Origin: a bacterium
Lineage (GTDB): Bacteria > Hydrothermota > Tepidihabitantia > Tepidihabitantales > Tepidihabitantaceae
Direction of reading: 5' to 3'
NCBI GenBank assembly: GCA_046485285.1
Contig: JAWOHE010000030.1
Span: forward strand, 1-29,466
Length of the DNA: 29,466 nt
Numbering within the stretch: the stretch's first letter is position 1; each line of letters begins with the position of its first letter. Positions 25,386 through 29,466 of this stretch are shown here, piece by piece. The position numbers and the translations under genes are program-made. The notes beneath the pieces were generated by a model that saw only the letters and a list, made by a program, of their open reading frames with translations, had not been told where the DNA came from and did not search any database.

Positions 25386-27279
25386 GCCCCGGGCCGGACG
25401 CTGGCACGGCCCGGTCATCGCCCTCGGCGCGCTCGCGGTCCGGCTCGGCTACGTGCTCCAGGTCCGGCGGGCGGACCCGATGTTCGAGTTCCCGGCGATG
25501 GACGCGCTCTTCCACCACCAGTGGGCGCAGGCCATCATCCGGGGCGGCTGGCTGGCCGAGATACCGTTCTTCCGGGCGCCGCTCTACCCGCACTTCCTCG
25601 CGCTCAGCTACAAGCTCGGCGGGGTCAACCTGCTCCTGCCCCGGCTGGTCCAGGCCGGGCTCGGCGGGCTGACCGCGTTCCTGACCTGGCTGCTCGCGCG
25701 CCGGCTGTTCGGCGCGCGAGCCGGGCTCGTCGCCGGCATCGCCGCGGCCTGCTACCCGCTGCTCGTTTATTTCGACGGCGAACTCCTCATCCCGGCCCTG
25801 CTCGTCCCGCTCGTTCTCGCCGGGCTCGTCCTGCTCGACTGGTGCCGGGGGCGGGACCGCTGGTGGTGGGCCCTGCCCGGCGCGGTGTTCGGGCTCGCGG
25901 CGCTGTGCCGGCCCAACGTCCTCGCGTTCGCCCTGCTCGTGCCGTTCTGGCTGCTGTTTGAGTTCCGGCGGCAGGGCTGGCGCCGGCTCCTGCCGTACCT
26001 CGGCGCGCTCGCGCTGGTCATCGCGCCGGTCACGGCCCGGAACTGGGCGGTCGGCCGGGAGTTCATCCCGATCGCCTGGCAGGCCGGGGTCAACTTCGCG
26101 ATCGGCAACAACCCGGAGTCGGACGGCATCACCGCGGTCCTCCCCGGCACGCGCAAGGACTGGTGGGGCGGCTACTACGACGCGCGCCGACTGGCCGAGG
26201 CCGCGGCGGGCCGGGAGCTCCGGCCCTCGGAGATCGACCGCCACTGGCTCGGTGAGGGCCTGCGGTTCTGGCGCGAACAGCCGGCCCGCGCGCTCGGGCA
26301 GACCGCGCGCAAGCTCTACCTCTGGTGGTCCGGCTACGAGGTCGCCAACAACCGCGACATCTACTTCTTCAGCCGGCTCGGCTTCCTGCGGTTCCTGATC
26401 CACCGCTGGCCGCTGTTCCTCTTCCCGTTCGGGCTGGTCGTGCCGCTCGCCGCGGTCGGCATCTGGGCCACACGGCGGCAGTGGCGCAGGCTCCTGCCGC
26501 ACTACCTCTTGCTCACGAGCTACACGCTGAGCTTCGTCGTGTTCTTTGTCACCGCCCGCTACCGGCTCACGCTCCTGCCCCTGCTCCTCGCGTTCGCCGC
26601 CGCGGGCGGAGCCGGGCTCGTCGAGGCGTTCCGCCGCGGGCACGGCCGGTCGGTCGCGCTCGGGCTGTTCCTCGCGCTCTACGTCCCGCTGAACCTCAAT
26701 CTCGCCCGCCTGCCCGGCACCAACCAGGCCCAGAACTGGACGACGCTCGCCGGTCACGAGGCGACCCAGGGTCGGCCGGAGTCAGCGCGCGAGCACCTCG
26801 CCCGGGCCCGGGCCGCGGACTCGACCTGGGCCGACCAGTACCTCATCGCCGGGCTCATCGCCCGCCGCGAAGGGAAGCAGGACCAGGCCGAGGCCGGGTT
26901 CCGCCGGGCAATCGCGCTCGACCCGGACAACGCCGACTACCACGTCTACCTCGGGGACCTCTACTACGACCAGCGCCGGCCGGACTCGGCCGAGGCGCAC
27001 TACCGCCGGGCGCTCGAACTCGACCCTTACTCGGCATTTGCCCGGTGCCACCTCGGCAACGTCCTCTTCGACCGGGGCGAGTTCGCGAACGCACGCGAGG
27101 AATACGCCGCCGCGGCCGGGCTCGCGCCCGACTACGCGGTCGCCATCTTCAACACCGGGCTGGCGGACTGGGCGCTCGCCGACACTGCCCGGGCGCGGCA
27201 GGCCTGGAACGAGCTGATCCGGGTCGCGCCCGACCACCCGCTCAGCGGCCAGGCCCGGGAATGGCTGCGCTCGCGCTGA
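25378..27279 (+). CDS. GT-C (GT39/ArnT/PMT-like) membrane glycosyltransferase with C-terminal TPR repeats
   Basis: First loop 'MDALFHHQWA...FFRAPLYP'; 'RPN', 'GNNP' and 'RYR' motifs; about 11 TM segments. TPRs include 'FRRAIALDPDNA' and 'YRRALELDP'. Confidence 0.8.
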   Translation: MTEPRAGRWHGPVIALGALAVRLGYVLQVRRADPMFEFPAMDALFHHQWAQAIIRGGWLAEIPFFRAPLYPHFLALSYKLGGVNLLLPRLVQAGLGGLTAFLTWLLARRLFGARAGLVAGIAAACYPLLVYFDGELLIPALLVPLVLAGLVLLDWCRGRDRWWWALPGAVFGLAALCRPNVLAFALLVPFWLLFEFRRQGWRRLLPYLGALALVIAPVTARNWAVGREFIPIAWQAGVNFAIGNNPESDGITAVLPGTRKDWWGGYYDARRLAEAAAGRELRPSEIDRHWLGEGLRFWREQPARALGQTARKLYLWWSGYEVANNRDIYFFSRLGFLRFLIHRWPLFLFPFGLVVPLAAVGIWATRRQWRRLLPHYLLLTSYTLSFVVFFVTARYRLTLLPLLLAFAAAGGAGLVEAFRRGHGRSVALGLFLALYVPLNLNLARLPGTNQAQNWTTLAGHEATQGRPESAREHLARARAADSTWADQYLIAGLIARREGKQDQAEAGFRRAIALDPDNADYHVYLGDLYYDQRRPDSAEAHYRRALELDPYSAFARCHLGNVLFDRGEFANAREEYAAAAGLAPDYAVAIFNTGLADWALADTARARQAWNELIRVAPDHPLSGQAREWLRSR

Positions 27280-27283
27280 GCCG

Positions 27284-27928
27284 CTACTTCACGTCGTAGC
27301 CGGTCAGCCGCTGTTCGTTCCGGCCGGTGTAGTTGCCCGCGGTGAACTCCGACCAGCCGCGGACCCAGCCGACCTCCTCGGCGTACCAGTGGGTCAGCTT
27401 GTAGCTGCCGCCGGTGTAGGAATACTCGTACTCGACCGCCCAGCAGTCCGCGAACGTGCCGGCCGGGACGGTGATGTTCTCCCGCTTGACGACGGTGCCC
27501 CAGACGGTCGTGTCGGCCTTGACCAGCACCTGCCAGGTCTTGTTGAGCTCGAGCGGCAGGACGAGCATCGTGTCCGGCTTGTCGTCGTTCGGGCCGTCGA
27601 AGTCGAGGACCCAGCGCGAGTCCTTGAGGATCCAGGACGTGTCGGAGTTGACGAGCAGGGTGTCCCAGGGCACGCGCTGGCGCAGGGAGTCGGTCGTCAC
27701 GAACACCGCGGCGGTGCCGCCCGCGCCGAGCGGGGCGGTGCCGGTGACGCGAAGATTGGTGACCTGGGTCAGGATCGTGTCGGAGGGGAGGAGGACCATC
27801 TCGGCCTCGTAGCGCCAGGAACTGCCGACCGCGGTCGGGAAGAAATCGGCGTCGCCTTCAAACTGGTCGCAGGACAGGCAGGCCAGCGCCGCGACAGCGG
27901 CGAGGATGGCGAGGACAGGATTGCGCAT
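27284..27928 (-). CDS. Hypothetical lipoprotein (beta-rich, 'TVPAGTF' motif family)
   Basis: Signal peptide ending in CLS-C; motifs 'FFP.AVGSSWRY', 'ITVPAGTFADC' and 'WYAEEVGWV'. SD AAAGGAG. Confidence 0.8.
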   Translation of the reverse strand: MRNPVLAILAAVAALACLSCDQFEGDADFFPTAVGSSWRYEAEMVLLPSDTILTQVTNLRVTGTAPLGAGGTAAVFVTTDSLRQRVPWDTLLVNSDTSWILKDSRWVLDFDGPNDDKPDTMLVLPLELNKTWQVLVKADTTVWGTVVKRENITVPAGTFADCWAVEYEYSYTGGSYKLTHWYAEEVGWVRGWSEFTAGNYTGRNEQRLTGYDVK

Positions 27929-27951
27929 CAGGGCTCCTTTCAGTTCGGGCT

Positions 27952-27979
27952 ACAATACGGACGAGGTCGCGAATGTCAA
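27952..27979 (-). promoter_or_regulatory. Sigma70 promoter
   Basis: Minus strand TTGACA (27979-27974), 16-nt spacer, TATTGT (27957-27952). Confidence 0.65.
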
Positions 27980-27995
27980 CAGCCGGCCGCGGCGG

Positions 27996-28538
27996 TCAGG
28001 GTACCGGGGCCTCGAGCCGCTCGATGACATCTCGGTAGTGGGCGTGGATCATCTCGCGGTCGAACCGGTGGCACTCGTCGAGCATCGCCGCCTTCTCGGC
28101 AGGGGTGAAGTAACCCATCACCGGGATGAAGAAGTGTTTGTCCTCCTTCTCGATGTGGCGCGGGTAGAACTCGACCAGGGCGCGCATGTTCCCGGACACC
28201 TTCTCGAGCGCGCCGGCGACGCCCGCGCTCCACGCCTCGCGCGCCTTCACCAGCGCGGCGACGGTCTCGCGGCCGCGGACGTGTTCGGCCACCAGCTCGG
28301 CCATCACCCGCCGGTGCTCGGGCGACAACTCGCGGGCGCCGAGGTCGCGGAACAGGATGTCCTCCTCCTTGCCGTGGTGACAGCGGTCGGCGTAGGTGCG
28401 GATGAAGTCCACCGCGGTGTCGATGAAGCGCACGTCCGCCGCGCCGCTTGCCGCCATCACGTCCAGCTCGCGGTCCATCCGGGCGATCATCCGTTCGATG
28501 AGACGGTGCTCGATCATCAGCAGTCCAATCGGCAGCAT
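27996..28538 (-). CDS. Hemerythrin (HHE) domain protein
   Basis: Duplicated H...HxxxE ligand pattern: EHRLI, CHHGKEE, EHVRG, HIEKED. SD AGGAGGT. Confidence 0.9.
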   Translation of the reverse strand: MLPIGLLMIEHRLIERMIARMDRELDVMAASGAADVRFIDTAVDFIRTYADRCHHGKEEDILFRDLGARELSPEHRRVMAELVAEHVRGRETVAALVKAREAWSAGVAGALEKVSGNMRALVEFYPRHIEKEDKHFFIPVMGYFTPAEKAAMLDECHRFDREMIHAHYRDVIERLEAPVP

Positions 28539-28566
28539 CGGCCACCTCCTATGGTTGACCCGGGAG

Positions 28567-28596
28567 ATTATGCGGCCGGCCGGGTCGGGCTGTCAA
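28567..28596 (-). promoter_or_regulatory. Sigma70 promoter for the hemerythrin gene
   Basis: Minus strand TTGACA (28596-28591), 18-nt spacer, CATAAT (28572-28567). Confidence 0.6.
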
Positions 28597-28623
28597 GGGT
28601 CGGCCGGCCGCGGCTCGCCGCGC

Positions 28624-29241
28624 TCAGTCTCCGGCCCGGTCGAGGTCGGGGGCCGGGGCAGGGGCGGATTCCGGGAGCTTGCGCGGGGCCTCGCCGGCCG
28701 GGAGTGCGGTCCTGAGGCTGTCTTCCTGCGGTGACCGGATTGCCGGCGGCTGCGGCCTCTCCGGCGCCTGCCGGGAGTCATCTGCCACCGGCCTGCTGAC
28801 CGGTTCGGGCTGGGGCTCCGGCTCGGGCTCGGGCGACGGCCCGGGCCTCGTCTCGGCCGGCGGCTCATCGGGCCGGTGCGGCGGCTCGTTCCGGGGACGC
28901 TCCGGCTGTCTCTGCCGGGCGGGCGGCGGCCCACCGTGCCCCGGCCGGCGGAAGCGGCCGGCCGGCGGCCCGGGCTCGCTGACGTAGACGTAGCTCACGT
29001 ACTCCTCGACGTAATGGACCGTCTCGGCCGGCGCCGGCTCCGCCTCGCAGTAGACCGTGTCGACGTAGACCGCCGGCGGCTCGTGGTATATCTCGCGCAC
29101 GACCACGACCGGCTGGTCCGCGACCGCGACCGGCGCGGAGTCCGGCTCGACCGCCCCGCCCGCTTGCGGGCCGAACAGGCCGGGCCGGGCGCACCCGGCC
29201 AGCAGGACTGCCAAGGCTACCGGGACGAGCAGGCGTCTCAT
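28624..29241 (-). CDS. Hypothetical Pro-rich lipoprotein
   Basis: MRRLLVPVALAVLLAG-C lipobox and SD GGAGG. A Val/Tyr-rich segment is followed by a Pro/Glu/Arg low-complexity tail. Confidence 0.75.
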   Translation of the reverse strand: MRRLLVPVALAVLLAGCARPGLFGPQAGGAVEPDSAPVAVADQPVVVVREIYHEPPAVYVDTVYCEAEPAPAETVHYVEEYVSYVYVSEPGPPAGRFRRPGHGGPPPARQRQPERPRNEPPHRPDEPPAETRPGPSPEPEPEPQPEPVSRPVADDSRQAPERPQPPAIRSPQEDSLRTALPAGEAPRKLPESAPAPAPDLDRAGD

Positions 29242-29349
29242 AGAACCTCCGTTCGATGTCCGTCTGAATGTACAGACCTCGGACCGCCCGATTTCCTGCG
29301 CTGCTTTGTCGGGCAGGGCATCAGGACAGGAACGGACGCCGGCGCCGGG

Positions 29350-29466
29350 CTACCAGATGCCCGGGACGAGCCGGTGCCGGGTCGCCCGGACGTAGTCGGC
29401 GTAGCCGGCGAGCTCGGCCCGGAGGAAGCGGTCCTCGAGCGCGGTCCGCACCACCAGCAGGACGAC
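29350..29466 (-). CDS. 3' end of an isoprenylcysteine carboxyl methyltransferase (ICMT/PEMT) family protein (partial)
   Basis: Reads VVLLVVRTALEDRFLRAELAGYADYVRATRHRLVPGIW*, matching the R...E(D/E)..L.....Y..Y......RL.P.IW C-terminus of this family. Confidence 0.85.
   Translation of the reverse strand, partial: VVLLVVRTALEDRFLRAELAGYADYVRATRHRLVPGIW

Noticed and set aside
28555-28596. TTGACC...TGTCAA as an FNR/CRP-type site upstream of hemerythrin
   Set aside because: The spacing is far from TTGAT-N4-ATCAA, and TGTCAA is explained as the -35 box.
29255-29300. Possible ECF-sigma promoter or hairpin upstream of the Pro-rich lipoprotein
   Set aside because: The GGAAAT...GTAC match and 5-bp stem are too weak to support.

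Overview
A GC-rich bacterial chromosomal window, mostly housekeeping and envelope genes. PorV-like and FlgD-type T9SS-sorting proteins point to a diderm related to the FCB group, possibly a candidate phylum such as WOR-3 (inference only). In order: the right end of an IS481-family element and a palindromic 12-mer array; a lipoprotein; crotonase, thiolase and tsaE; a convergent compact mfd; an unannotated 37-aa Lys-rich histone-H1-like gene with its own promoter, SD and hairpin; a minus-strand run of tRNA-Phe, rpsT, GT4, LPG-synthase-TM flippase-like, YfhO GT-C, T9SS cargo and a PorV-barrel/OmpA fusion; a plus-strand run of pdxJ-secD-secF-pgpA-cinA-thpR (no yajC, no recA); nfeD, SPFH, a P2A Ca-type ATPase and a GT-C/TPR protein; then two lipoproteins, a hemerythrin-domain protein and the 3' end of an ICMT-family gene. 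The best candidates for novelty are the translationally coupled glycosylation + T9SS cargo + PorV-OmpA operon and the stand-alone H1-like micro-gene. All calls come from manual motif recognition; no database searches were run.
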